A stretch of 64,000 nt of DNA from assembly GCA_050273025.1 (NCBI GenBank), contig CP158635.1, forward strand, positions 4,898,001 through 4,962,000. Reading direction: 5' to 3'. Numbering within the stretch: position 1 is the first letter of the stretch; each line of letters begins with the position of its first letter. Origin of the DNA: Cenococcum geophilum. Its lineage: Eukaryota. The position numbers and the translations under genes were made by a program. Below, piece after piece: positions 1 through 13,906 of this stretch. The notes beneath the pieces were generated by a model. The model was not told the DNA's origin. It searched no databases and saw only the letters and a list, made by a program, of their open reading frames with translations.

Positions 1-1134
1 GCGTAAATAGCTTAATATCCTTTAACTACTGCGCTATAAACCTTCTATAGTAATTACAAAATCCTAAGAACAATCTTAACTATATAACGTTCTCTAGTTC
101 CTACTAATTTACTATAGCCTTAATCTTCTTTAGATCTATACTAAGTTAGCCTAGTTTAATAATAAATCTAATAAAATCGGTCTTCCTAGTAAAGAACTTA
201 TATTTCTTAATTGCTACTAGTATCTATTCTTCTTATAGTCTCTTTAAAACCTATTTAACGTATTCCCTATATTCTTCCTTAGTTATTAAGTAGATAATAA
301 TATCGTTAAAATATACTATAACAAATTTATCTAAGTATTCTCCTAATATATTATTAATACGCTTTTAGAATATTGCTAGTGCGTTTATAAGCCCGAATTA
401 TATAACTAATGGTTTATATAATCCTTCCTTTAACTTAAAGGCTGCCTTCTATTCGTTACCTTCCTTAATCCTAATCTAATAGTACGCCTATCTTAGATCT
501 ATCTTTATGAAGATTTACACATTACCTATCCTATCTTAGATTTCGCTAATTAAGGGTAAAGGATACCTATCCTTTTTAGTAATACTATTTAACTATCTAT
601 AGTTAATACACAGCCTTAGTTTACTATTCTTCTTTAGTACGAATAGTACTGGATAACCCGCTAATAACTGCGATAGTCTAATATATCCCTTTTATAGATT
701 TTCCTAAATAAACTCTTTTAACGCTCTACCCTCTTCTTTAGTAAGCTTATAGATTGGAAAGAACTTTAGACTTATTCCTAGTTCTAACTCTATTTTATAG
801 TCCTATACTATATATTCTAATAGCTTTTTACTTTCCGGTGACTATAGTTTCTTACTATACTTTTAGTATCTCTTTAGTATATAGCTTAGTCCTTTTTCTA
901 TTTCTTTATAGGTTGCTCCTACTTAGTACTATACCAACTTAGCTTATTATTATATCTTACGGCATTAAGTATCTCTAATATTAACCTAACCTATAATCCA
1001 ATTAATCCTTAAATTATATTCCTATAACCAAGGTATACCTAATACTGCCTCGTCCCGTCCTAATAGTAGGATATTAAAAGACATCTTAATTTATCTTTCT
1101 TTAATAGTTATCTAAATAGGTCCTGTTTTAAGAT

Positions 1135-4100
1135 TGTTGGACTTATAAGGGGATATTACGTAGCTACGGTTCGTAGATAGTATGATGATTATTGTTCTTA
1201 TATTCTTGAAGAAAGGGGTAAGGAACTTAAGGTTCCTCACCACGCTAGTGCCGCGGCGGCACGTGATGGCAACTTGCTATACGTGACGGCAATATGCCTT
1301 ATATGGTGACCATTTGCCTTTATTCCCAACACTAGCAACTCTTCTTTTATGGTTGCCATCTATATATATATACCGCTTAACTAGCGGAACAAAAATTAAT
1401 CCTCTTTACTTACTATTGCCATTATAATATAAGTCTCGCTGTCCTAAAATTTGCCTCTTAACACGTGGTGCTTTCTTGCTTATAAGTTATAGGTAGGTAT
1501 CTTATCAGTAGGGCCGCCAAGGCGCTAGCGGTAAGCGAGCCAATAGCGATTTTCTATCCTAGGGATGGAAAATCCTAATTAGCTAGTTTGAGTTAGGGTC
1601 TGCAGAATCTAACTAATTAGATAACTTCGACCGCCGGTCGAAGTTCCTGGACATCTTAAGACCTCACGTGACTAAGAAATTTCTAGGGACTCCCTTTTAA
1701 CCCAACCTTTAACTTATATATGTAGAGTATTTATGTTAACAAACGTCTCTAGTGCCTTATTTGGGTTCGCCTTCGTTATTACATCTACTAGGTTATCTTA
1801 GCCATTAATCCATTAAATCTTAAAGAGTTTTTAATGCTTGTAGGATTGCTGAAGTGCTATAATATCAATTATAAGGCGCTTCTCCTTCGTGGTACCGAGC
1901 TTAACTAAATACTTATAGAGGGAAAATAAATCGGTGTATACGATTGTAGGGATAACGGGAAGTTTAAGTCGATCTATAATTATCTTTAGGGTAGTTCCAA
2001 TTGTAATTACCATATTAACTCCGCTAACTATTCTATATATCTCTAACGCCAAAACACTTCGGGTAATACGCTTGCTCTTAGTTAAGCTCTAATAAATAAG
2101 ATTGCTATAGATTATAAAGTTATTCTCTCTAGTAAATTCGTTCGTAATAATAATCTTATATCCCAACTAGGAGCTAAAATCTTTATTATTTATAAACAAT
2201 CTATTAATAAATATAAAGAGCTTAGCGGTAGGAAGATTAATAGGCACGTAGAGTAGTCCCTAATTAAGATGGTTTATTTGCTAGAAAAGACGTTTATTTA
2301 GGGCAAGAACGTTATCCTTAGTTGGTTCCTGGTGTTAGGCGGCAATAGAGAGATTAAATAAAGCCTTAGGTTAATAGATAGAAGCAATATAAGCTCCGCG
2401 AGCGCGTTGCTCCACATATCCTTGCTTTAGGGAATTAACGTTAATAATGTTAATCTTCTTACCTTAACCCTTCTAGCGTAAAGCAATGGAATCCTCGTTT
2501 AGGGAGAGGATGCATCTATTAAAGAGTAATGGTGTTATTAAGTTAAGCTTTTCCTTTGGCTTTACTATAAGATTTACCTTTACTAGCTTATCCTCTTTAA
2601 GAGCTAAGAATTAGTCGTCTCCTAAAATAATTGTATTATTAGTTTATATACCAACAATTCCAAATAGGGTTCCCGTGGTTATAATAAGAAAGTAGGGATT
2701 AAATGTAGAAGTAGTTATTAAAAGCTTCTCTTTATAGTGCTTGCTATAGGTAGCCCACTAGTGAGTTCCTGCCTCTGCAATTCTATACAATAGCTTAAGC
2801 ACAACCATGATTGTGTCTTTAGGATACTGGTGGCGAATTTGCTCTGGAAGGTATGCCAATATCAAGCGCTAAAGGTGCGTCTTTAATTGGGTGTAGGCTT
2901 AAGTAATATCTTACAAATAAACTGCTATTTCATTCTTTATTAAGGAGGGAGCTAATGCAACAATAACTCGCTGACTAGCTCGTTAAATTGTAGGAGATTG
3001 TGTAAGAATTATCTCTTTACCATTATTATTGTAACCTTAGATAATAAGCCTTAATTTCTCAAATAGGGCGTTAGTAGCTTTGCCCTTAATCTCGTTGACT
3101 ATTCTTAACTTAAAGATGCGAACTTCATCGAACTTAGTAGGGTTATATTTCTTAAATTTAAAGACTCCTCTTACGATAAGACCGTCGATCTCCTACTTGT
3201 CGGATGCTTAGAAAGGAGCTCCTAGGGTTATAATACGACCTTCCTTTTAAAGCTGTTTTGCGAGCTTAAAGTCAGCCTTCTCTTTAGCTGTTATAAAGGC
3301 CATTAATAACTTAACTCTACTCTCTATAGCAGCAACAAATTGCTCTTTAAAATTAATAAGATGTTGGCAATTTTGTAATTCCTTCGGGCGACCTCTACCG
3401 CGTCGTAGTTACGGCACGTCTACTACAATTATATTAGGATCACAGTCGCCTTCTAGGGCACGTTAATCGTGGTTCTCCTCTAGGGTATCTTCTAGGGCAT
3501 CTTCTAGGGCATCCTGCAAAGGCTTAGAACTATTATCTTTATAGTAGGGCCTAATAATAGTTAAACGGAATTAAGTAGGTCTATAGGGCATCTAAAGAGT
3601 ATAAGTTTAACCATTAATTATAATGAGTTTATATAGGCCTAACCATTCTCCCTTTTCACGCCATACCCGTACTTTAGATTAGAGTGGCAGATTAAGCGTA
3701 GTCGAGGTATTTAGGCCATTTCTTATTCCTAATACGTTATTAACCTAGCGCGTAGCGTATAGACGTCGTACCTCCTTCGTTACTTTGCGAATAGCCTTAG
3801 CTTATTATATAATAGAGGGAGATAATAGAGAATTATTAGTCATTTAAGGGTAGGCGCTAAAGACTAGTAACGTAAGTATGAGTCCATCCGGGCCAGCGGA
3901 ATTATTAACAGCTTTAACAGCCATTTATAAGGTAAGTTTTTCGCTAGCGTCCTTTAGTTCTAAAGAGATAATCTTATATACGCGGCGTAATGGCGCGTAA
4001 TATTGCTCCACTTTTTTAATACTATTATATGCCTTAACAGGGACTTCCTTAACCTTAATTACCATTGCCTTTGTTTATTATCGGAATTTTACAGATAAGA

Positions 4101-7100
4101 AGTTCTTTCCTACGTCGTAGATAATTTAATTAGGGGGTCCTAAGTAGATATTAATCTAGTATAACTAAAGGGTATCCCATACGTTCCTAGCTAATATATC
4201 CTTTAAGAATCGTACGGCTTGGAAGGAAGTTAAGAAGTTAATAACTTGGAGTACTAGCTTGCCGCTAAGGTATATAACGTTAACGATGATATAGAAGTTG
4301 AAGTTGTAGTTATTTTTAAGGGTGAACTTAAATCGGCCAGGGGACCTCTGGTTCATTTGGCAGTAGTAACAGTATTTTATAAGATGCTTAATTGCCTTAA
4401 CCTCAACTTTATGGCCTACTCGCTAAAGAACCCTAAGTAATTAGTAAACTAATAGGTGACCAAAACGACGGTGTAGTTGGCGTAACTCTAACTTAGTTAA
4501 ATGGCTTTAAGCAATACTCTTTTCTAGTTGTTAAAAGAGTAGCTAAAGGTGACCCCACTTACGTACAATAGGCACCTAATTATCTCCCTGCACGAGTATA
4601 TTCTTAAGGTTATTAAGCTTAACGCCTAGTTTATCTATATCTCTGATGCAAAATAGAAACGGGGTGTTTATGGGAACAACGTGAAAAGTGATATACCCTA
4701 AGGGGGTTTAAACCCTAATTATGCTGAGAGAGATCGCAGTACCTTTACTAAAACGAATTGTGTGTTGGCCTGCCGTTAAATAGTTAATCTAAATAGAGCT
4801 ATTAAGCTACTAAAGGGCTTAAACTTAAGGTTCTCCTACTATAGATACTCCTATAGCTCTAGTATCCGGTATAATACTATAGAAGACGTTCGCCAAGTAT
4901 CTGTTGTTAAAGGAAAACGCGGAGCTCTCCTTTAGCTCGTTAAAGATATCTAACTTCGTGATAAAATGGAGCGTAGATTGGTTATTAAGAACAACAACGG
5001 TTTATATACTATTTACCTCACCATACTTAGTAAAGTATTAGTTAGGTAAGTAGTCCTCAATTTCTATATCTATAAGAAGCTGTTTGGTCTCATTAACCTT
5101 ACCCTTAAGGTCTTTTACGCCTTCGTATTAAACCAGGAAGCTTTAAAAGTAGGCCGCAGTGACCTTGCGATTTCCGACGTTTCTTATACTCTGACGGAAC
5201 TTGTTATATACCTCTTTTCGCTTATTAAGGGAGTGTCTAGTTAACTAGCAATTTAGCTTCTTACAAACGTAGCACTTCTTCTAGCGATTACTTTAAAATA
5301 AACCTCTATAAGGACCTCCATAATTACCTTATAGTCGACGTTAATTATACCCTTTACTATATTCCCTACCACGGCCGCCATATATTTAATTAGTTTAGTT
5401 ATAATCATATTAGTTAGGAACGCTTAGTTAGGTAGGGCTTTTGGTATAAAGCTGTTAAGATTCTTATATTTGTATTGTAGTACCTACGGCAGAGCGTAGC
5501 TCGGTATATACTCCTTTAAACGTGTCTATAGGTTTATATAGCGCCAAGTTATACTTAGGAACGCTATGGCATACTAAGATAACCTAGTCCCTTAGGCTGT
5601 TCTTATTTTAGTAAGTTTTAGTAAGTCCGCGTTAGATTTTCTAGAGTTTATTAAAGAGTAGTTAAAGACACTCTAGGCGAGTTATTATTGGGTTAGAAGC
5701 GATAACTCTCTAGAATATAGTCTCCCGCTATTTAGATATATAGAGTTGGCGGTTCTTATTGGTTTTAAAGTAAGCTCTAGTAAGCTAAAGTATTACATTA
5801 AAGCTATAGTTTTTACCTGCGATATAGTTGTAATAGAACGTTGCCGCCCGTCCCTTTAATATAATAGAGAAAGCATAATAGAACTAGTGGCGTTAAATTC
5901 TAACCTTATTACAGCAGTTATAAAAGACCTATAGTTTTGCTCCAAGTATATCGTACAATTCTCCTCTAAACTTCTTCTCTTTGTCCAAATATACCTTTAT
6001 TAGATTCGTGACTTCTTAAGATAAAGGCTTATTGGTTAGCTAAGATAGAGGAGTTAAAGGTAATAGAAGTAGAGGAAGAGCACCTCTAGGTAGTAGAGTA
6101 CCTCTAGGTGGGAGAGTAGCGTTCTAGGGGTTTTGTTCCGAATTAAAGTTGCCTTCTAAAGAATATAGGTTGGTTTTAGGTTTCCGTAGTTAACGTATAA
6201 TCTCAGCTTCCGTCTATATTAGTTCTTCTATACTAGTAAAAACGGCGTAAATATTACTGGTAATTAGGTTACTATCCTTAGTAATATATACCCTATTCCT
6301 TTAAAGGGAGTCTTGAAAATCCTAAATAATATTAATATTACTAAGTGCCTAGGTATCGGCGGTCCATCCTACAAAATCTTCCCTAAAGTATTCCTATAAC
6401 TATAAATTAGCGTAGTGGCTATCTTGGTAGAATAGAATATGGTATAGGAGAAAGCCGTTAACTTATTTTACAGTATAGGTTATTACATTAAAGGTAAATG
6501 CGTCCCAATCTTTATTAATAAGTTTCGCGTATATAGCTACCCCTAGTAGTAAGGAGTCTCTCTAGTTGTTTGGAGTGGCCATAGTTATATCTTTGGAGGA
6601 AGGGAATATTAGTAGTATAGGGATTGTCGTTTGGTACGCGTTTATGACGTATATTTGCGATTATAGGGCTTAAGACTAGTTCTAGCCTTAAATCGCGAAG
6701 ACTTATAAAGCGTGTTGTTCTGCGTAATAGACGCAAGAATTTATAATCTTAGAAAGGCTTAGGACCAGTTCTAGCCTTTAGATCCTTAGATTTGTGGAAG
6801 AGTTCTATTTAAGGTTTAGGACTAGTTCTAACCTTAAAAGACAGCTTCCTTTAGCACGAGTAGCACTAGTATAGTGGCTTGTCTCTTCTTGGTGAAAACC
6901 TAGCTGTTCTATAGTATAACTATAAAGTTAACCACTGATTAGTATTGGACTCATAAGGGGATATTACGTAGCTACGGTTCGTAGATAGTATAATAATTGT
7001 TATTCTTATATTCTTAAAGAAAGGGGTAAGGAACTTAAGGTTCCTCACCACGCTAGTGCCGCGGCGGCACGTGATGGCAACTTGCTATACGTGACGGCAA

Positions 7101-7139
7101 TATGCCTTATATAGTGACTATTTACCTTTATTCCCAACA
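1135..7139 (-). mobile_element. Ty1/Copia LTR retrotransposon (GalEa-like), family C1, full length 6005 bp, RIP-inactivated
   Basis: 197-bp LTRs 1135-1331 and 6943-7139 (TGTTGG...CCAACA); 5-bp TSD AAGAT at 1130-1134 and 7140-7144 (single copy at the equivalent site in G1b, ~20136); minus-strand order integrase (SPGRFKFTL, ~4165-4360) then RT then RNase H (LVKLGTTKEKRL, ~1830-2050), i.e. Copia order. Confidence 0.95.
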
Positions 7140-10100
7140 AAGATTAATAATCCCTCCTCTATAGGTTATTAAATCTCCTAAAATCGTAACTAATAGGTAA
7201 GGTTGCTTCTTTTATCTATAAGGTAGTCCTATTCTCTTAACTACTACTAGTAAGATATAGTTTCGCATTACTCCACTATCTATTAGCGCTTTAAACTACT
7301 AATCTTACTAATTAATTTATAAATTTAGGTATTGTCCTTAAATTCCTTTAAGGGTCTAAGGCCTTACTACTAGCTCCCTCTAGTCCTATAGGCCTCTACT
7401 TTTCCTAACTATTGGCTATTTAATCCTAGTGCACTTAGCTTACTCTTAGGCCAATGCCTAGTTCGCTTTTTATCTTTAATATACTATAGACATATATTTT
7501 TTAGGCATTCCCACCACTATTATCTATCTAAGCATTCTTCCGTAAGAAATCTTCCTAGTTAAAGTACTAAACTTCCTTCCTCTTAGACCTCTATTGGATG
7601 CCATTTATATATATATTTAGCATTTTTATACTATTACTCGTCTATTATCTAGTATATCCTTATAGGGTATTTCCGATTCTTCTCTTTTAGATTCTTATAT
7701 ATTTTATATATATTGTCCACGCACGCAATCCATAATATCGTATAATGTGCTAGGTGCTTTAGGTTAACTCTTAGCTCGTCTTTATCCCTAAGTTTAAACC
7801 TTTATTATGCTAATCTAAACATTATAACTTTATTTATAGGTACTAAGATACGTCTTTTACTTCTCTAGTCCTCTAAACGTTCCTCTAGATCCTTTAACAT
7901 TATAATTAAGGCTTCTTTAATATGCGTTATAGCCTTCTCTATAATTAGGTAGTCCTAAATAACTTTTTTATCTAACTATATGTAGAAATCTTCCTACTTA
8001 TCGTTATGTCGTTGTCTATACCACTTTTAGTACAGCTGCTAAAGTATATATAGTCTATCCGTAAGGAAATATCTCTTTATTACTATATTATAACAGCCTT
8101 TAGTATATCGTTCCTCAAACCTAGTAGGAATCCCTAAATCCTCTTCTTATTCCAGTTTAGTAAGCTACTTAGCTCTTAGTATACCTACTCTTAGCCTATT
8201 AGTAATTCTTTATACTAGTACTCTATCCTTTATACGTCCCAATATACTAGATCTTTTATCTAGTTTCTATTCTTACTACGCGATAATTCTTTACCTAAAT
8301 TCTTCTATAGTTTCTTTTGGTTTATACCTTACGCTTTAATCCTTAAAGTCGTCTTACTTCTTAATCTTAGTATTAACTTTTTAATCTTTAGGCTAAACAC
8401 TATATTTCCCTAGTAAGTCTTCTAGGTCTATATATCTATCTCCTAATCCAATTACTATTTATACTGCAGATTCTTTAATCTATAAAGAAGCCCCTTACCT
8501 CTTATTTGTAGGTGTTCTAATTTATACTCTAAATTCTTAGTCCCTTAGATTCTTTAATCCTAAGCTTACTTTTATCTTAAGCTTAGCTCTAGCCTTAATC
8601 CAACTAGGCTTTACTAGTGTCCTTATCTCGTCTTAAGAGTTCTAGATCTCACTCATCTCGTCTTAAGAATCTTGTGCCGTTAGGAATTCTTATCCTAAGC
8701 TTATTCGTATGTCTTTAAACTAAGCCGCTGCTCTGCTCCATTGGTTTCTGTCCATTGTAGGTCCTTAAGCTTACCTTATCTTATCTTAAGAATCTTAAGC
8801 CTTTGGCCTTTTGCCTTTATTAAGTGCCAAAGTAGTTTACTATCCTACTTCTCTTACGTCTTATAAAGTAATAGACATTATATTTAGTGGGGTTTTAATC
8901 CCTACTAATATTCCTTATTCTATAATAGAATCATCCTCTACCTCTAGTATAACATCTCCAAGGTCTACTTACTCCCAGTAAGCGGCCCTTATTGCCTTAT
9001 CATTATAGAATGTTTTACCTAGGTCAAATTTATTATCCTTAATGTCCGATCTGCAAACTGGTTTGTTAGTTCCTCTACATCCTATAGGTGCTAGCTCTTA
9101 TAGCTAGTAGCTTACGCCGTACTTAGCGTCCTTATAAATTTGGCATGCGTTATTATAACAAAACGCAAAACTTTTAATTAAACATTCTTTTATTCCTTAT
9201 AGCATATTATCATCCCTTTATACGTATATATTGTCTATTAGTCTTATACCTTTTACTATATAGTAACTCTACCCACTTCTATAGTCTCTAATATAATAAC
9301 CCTATTTTCCGCAATTTATATAAGCTCCTTCTTTAAACTATTTCTCTTATTATAGAATCCGCCTAAATATCTTCTGCTGTTAAGATCCCTAATTTAGCCT
9401 CTACTCCTTAGACCTTTAATTACTTAATCCTTATCCTCTAGGTTTCTATAGTTTACTCCCTCTCTTATAGGCTTCTTTAGTACCACTTAAGTCTATTAGC
9501 TCTGCGCCATACCATAGTTTCTGACTTAGCTTTTATTATTGCGTACTCTGCACCTTATACAACTATAGAACTCTATCCTAGCCTTTTTTAGCCTATTCCC
9601 TTTAGTAGATCTAATTATTAATCTTAATCACCTAATCTATTAGTTCCCTTAGGGTATTCGCATCTTCTATTAGGATAATCACGTCCTAGACTTTAGCCTT
9701 AAGTCCCTATTTATACTATGCCATAAGCGCCCTATTATTCCACTCTACTTATATTACTAGTGTCTAGAACTATATTGTATACTTAATTACTAAAGTTTAT
9801 TACATAAGGTTCTGGAGTTTTCTTTCCGCTATAGTTATTTCTTCTAGATCTCTAAACATTTATATAAGTTGCTCTACAAATCCTTTCTAACTTAAGAATA
9901 TAAATCGCACGTCTTAGTTAGTGGTCATTATTCCGTTTACCTGTATCTCCATAAGGTAAGGTTTAAACTACTTAAGTACTTTTCCTAATAAGAATAGTCC
10001 TACGTAGGCTATCCAATCCACAGGTATAGGTAACTTTACTTCTTCCTATAAGACCTTAAAGTGCATCTACATAAGGAATCCTTTAAGCTTTAACCTCTCT

Positions 10101-10368
10101 CCTATAAATCTCTTAATTAATAGTAGCTTAATCTTTACTGCTCCTATCCCATTAAGTCTTTCTTCTAACACTATATTATTAGCTATTAGCTAGTTAACTA
10201 CTTCCTATAGCTATCCGACCGTTACAGGTTGCTATAAGTTAGTATCCGCCATACTAGTATCACCTCCTGTTCTTAAAGTAATTGCTGCCATTAATGGCGT
10301 TATAGTAGCTGCTTTTAGTGGCATATTATTTAACTTCTTATATTAATACTATAACCGGGTAGTAATTA

Positions 10369-10793
10369 TATAACGGAACCTTGTAGTAAAAACTACGATG
10401 GGTTCGTTAATAGGCTAGGTGTATAGAAAATGCAAATATAAAAGTCAACAACGTAATAATAACTGGTGGAGTAGTTGCCTAATAGATTAACTCTAATTAT
10501 ATTCTAAGAATTACTACAAGGAAGAAACTATCTAGGTAGGGACTGAGGGTCCTTAAATACACAACCATACTCCTAAGAAAGTTGTTGCTCTATCTGCTCT
10601 GTCTACTTTGCTCGCTCTGTAACAGATCTTATAGATTACATAGATTACACAGATTATATCACGTGACTCTGCTTACCATTCTTCGTCATATGGTTCTACG
10701 GGTTCCATCCTGGACCGTGCCTGCATTAACTAACTAGCTTCTTCCGACTCTTCTCTAAGTAGTTGTAATATCGTACTTAAAGCGTCCGTAATA
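10369..10793 (-). repeat. 5' LTR of Gypsy G1a (425 bp)
   Basis: TATAACGGAACC...CGTCCGTAATA (RIPped TG...CA ends); homologous at both ends to LTRs 15877-16300 and 23396-23819. Confidence 0.9.
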
Positions 10794-10970
10794 CACAATC
10801 GTTAAATATAAAGGTAACGAATTTGTAACACCAAGTAAAACTTAATCATGACTTATTTTAATATAGCCAATTGATTAATTTTAACGTCGCGTATGCAGAT
10901 ACAAGATATTATTATATAATTTTAACCTTTGGTGTATTTGATATATAAATATTAAATATAACAATACCCT

Positions 10971-12971
10971 TATTATAACGATACGCTCGGCCGTATAAAC
11001 CATATCGTACTAAAGAGTTTTTACTGTAGCTCTATATTAGTAATTAACTCCTATAAAGCGCTATATAAGCCTTTAATACCTGGACTATTAGCGTTACCTT
11101 TTATACGCTTAGTAGCTAATATAAAAGGCTTTAGGATCTTAATAAGCTACTCTACTTACTACTAATCTTTATTAGTAAGCGCGTCCTATAATAGATTATA
11201 GCTATTATTAGTGGGCTTCCTTTAAGCTAGTAGATATTTATTAATTGCTTTATAAAGAAGGTAGGTATAGCGGAGTATAAAATAGGTTAAATTCTACTAA
11301 ACGCCTTTATCCTTAATAAGCAGAAGCTCTACTTAATTAAAGAGCTCGTCTTTAATATAGGCCTTAGCCTAGTTCTTAGTAAAGTCCTTACGGCGTCTTA
11401 TTAATTATATAATATATTTAATAATGTTATAAACCTTACTTATAGAGCATCTCTACTATATAAGATTAAATTTAATATACTTGCTTGCGCTAATTATTAA
11501 GCGTTTAAGCTTGCTTACGCCTTTGCCGTATATTAAAGCCGTAATAATATAGTTAATAATATGGTTAACGCACCGAAGCTATTCCTTTTTAGCTACTAAT
11601 AGGCTTAATAAAAGGTAATTATAGAGCTTATTATTATTACTAGTGTTATTAGCTATTAAGGTGCCAAGCTTATAATTAGATTAACACTTTTAAATTGCTA
11701 ACGCTAGGGCCGTTGTTATATTTTTTAGTAAAGTATAATTCTTATAGTTATAGAAGGCCTAAAGATACTAATTAAAGCTTTCTACCTTTGTTAGTGATGG
11801 GCCACTATACTAAGTAGTAATATTCCATTTATAAATGTCTAGATATTATAGGTAAGATTAATTTTACTAAGTACGATAAGGAGGAGATTTTTTAATATTA
11901 ATATATTGCTATTTAAATGCGGTTTTAATCTAATTGTAATATAGGCGCCTTTATAAGATAGTCCTAAATCTAAAAACAGTTATAGGTTAGTAGAGCACGT
12001 ATATAAGGACTTATAGCTTAATATAAGGCAATGTTTTATAGAATTATCTAATTAATATAGGCTTAAATATAGCCAGGTACCTAAAACGGCTAGCGTTTAT
12101 AACTGCTAGCGGAAGTAAAAGCTTCTATACTTAGTAGTTATATTTTACTATTATAACTTTTAGGGTTAATAATAAGGTCATACTTTAACTTTAAATGGCC
12201 GTTAATATAATTATTACTATTAATTATAAGTAAAGCACCTAGTCTTTAAGCTAGATAGTAAAGCTTATATAGTTAGAGTCTTTTTTTACCTAAAGGACCG
12301 CCCTAAAAAAGGTCTACTTTATACTTCTATATTAGTAATATAGGAGTCTTACTTAATGGTGACCGCTTATTAATAACCCAGTATCTATATTTACCAGTAA
12401 GCTTACTAGGTAGAGATTATCCTAATTAATAGGAAAAATATAACTATAGTTCTAATTTGCTAGAGAAGGCTCTTATAATATAGAATTATCTTAATCGCCC
12501 AATTTGGTATTATTATTAATTAAAAGGGGAGAGGAAGCAGTTAATTTATAAACCTTGCGCGGTGCTAAAGGAGTTAAATAACGCGTAGATTGTAAATTAA
12601 ATAAGGAGGGAGTAGATAAAGAAGCTCTACTGCCTAGCTAACACATGAAATATAATATACGTTACATTTTATATAGGTAATAAAATAGTAAGCTTTAGCA
12701 CGGGTTTCGGCGCGCAATAGAGATATTAGGGAAAATGCTTTATTTACTATGGCTAAGCAAGAGATTCCTATGGGTTTCCCATTGCTTGGCGTATAATTAA
12801 CTAACCAGATCATCCGAATATCCTTAACTTCTACCAAAAGCTTCAACTTACTACCAAATCTTACCGCTAAGGCAGTGAGCTGTTAGCTAGCTGCAGTCTT
12901 ATAGCTGACTGCTTACATTAGCAGCCTCCTGGCAGCGAAGCTGACAGCGTCGCTGACTCTTGGTCACACTG
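10971..12971 (-). mobile_element. hAT-superfamily DNA transposon remnant (5' end and most of transposase; 3' end missing)
   Basis: Minus-strand RIPped motifs LRCVNHIIN (~11555-11580) and V(R)(W)N(S)TY (~11284-11303) match hAT RCxxH and RWNST; terminus reads CAGTGTGACC on the minus strand at 12971, with GCTGAC/GTCAGC-type subterminal repeats at 12870-12960. Left boundary approximate. Confidence 0.78.
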
Positions 12972-12973
12972 CC

Positions 12974-13273
12974 ACCAACTCCTTCCTTAAATACACAATC
13001 AGTCGCAGTCTCTTTTCATATGCTGCCAGAAAAATTAATGCAGAAGGCTCGAGCTATAGCCAAAAGAGACTGAATCGGTTGCTTTACGTGGCGGCGCGCC
13101 AGGAGAGAGATGCGCCGATCTCCAAGGAGATCATGAAGACCCTTCTGAAGCTGGGTGTGGAGCCCAAATCGATTTATCATAGCCAGTATACGAAAATGCA
13201 CCCGGAAGCGCAAAAGATGCTGAAGCTGCAATTGAGGCTCAGAGTTTATTTTAAGGACTACTTGCTCAAATGA
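12974..13273 (+). pseudogene. 3' fragment of a host protein-coding gene cut off by the hAT insertion (resembles the helical/ankyrin-like C-terminus of fungal NACHT proteins; tentative)
   Basis: Non-RIP composition; frame is open from the hAT terminus to TGA at 13273 (TNSFLKYTISRSLFSYAARKIN...LLYVAARQE...EIMKTLLKLGVEP...YLLK*), with no start codon of its own at the 5' end. The family guess is pattern-level only. Confidence 0.55.
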
Positions 13274-13906
13274 CGGGGTTCACTATGAAATTTCACGGAG
13301 TCAGAGAATGAAGCTTTGAAAACAACCGAGTGAGAGATATCCTGCCGATCTCAAGCCATCAAATTCTGGATAGGACTAGATTCAATTCAGAGCTGCCAGA
13401 AGGGGGGTCACGTTTCGTACTGAAGCAGCAACAACCGGACCATCATCGGCTTACGTTATTGCCAATAGTCAGAACCACTTCGGATTCATGTCTACCTCGA
13501 GCCTTGCAAAAAAGGATTGCATTGGCTTTTAGGTTCTGGCTTGTAGAATTTATTATGGCTATGCTTGGCCGAGCAAGGGAAAGGAAGTTCAAAAGAAATG
13601 GAACTCCTACAGCTACCTTCTCGGAAGTTCAGCTACATACGCCTTGGCTTCCGTCAATGACTCCCCGCCGGGTGAGGGCGGGAGGGGCGTTAGTGGTTAC
13701 AGAAGGGCTAAAGGGCTCATACTATTGGGGGAGGAAGGAGCTGTCTAAGGCAGTCGGGCACAGTCTTTTAACTGTCTCACATGCAAGACAGAATCAGATA
13801 AACAATAATGTTTTTGGCTATTCTCCTCTAATACAATACTATCAATGAAATATGCGACCAGGTGGGCCGTAAGTTCTTCATATATTCAAGCTTGCTAATT
13901 TTTAAG

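Larger units (their letters stand above)
1..10793 (-). mobile_element. Ty3/Gypsy LTR retrotransposon, family G1 copy a (RIP-degraded; 3' part lies left of the window; interrupted by a Copia at 1135-7139)
   Basis: 1-1134 and 7145-10368 align colinearly with ~19000-23395 of the complete copy (RT, protease, gag remnants on the minus strand); 5' LTR at 10369-10793. Confidence 0.93.

Noticed and set aside
10791..13000. ATACACAATC at both 10791 and 12991 as a possible TSD
   Set aside because: The first copy overlaps the G1 LTR end and the second lies 20 bp outside the hAT terminus within the gene fragment; likely chance.
13640..13770. GC-rich hairpin with superficial HDV-like P3/L3 on the minus strand (GCC CTCACCC GGC GGGGAGT)
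   Set aside because: L3 does not fit TYCHCG, no GG follows P1', and no P4, J4/2 or P2 partner is evident.
13330..13848. 172-aa ORF on +
   Set aside because: GTG start, no recognisable motif, and it lies in the 3' region between two convergent genes.
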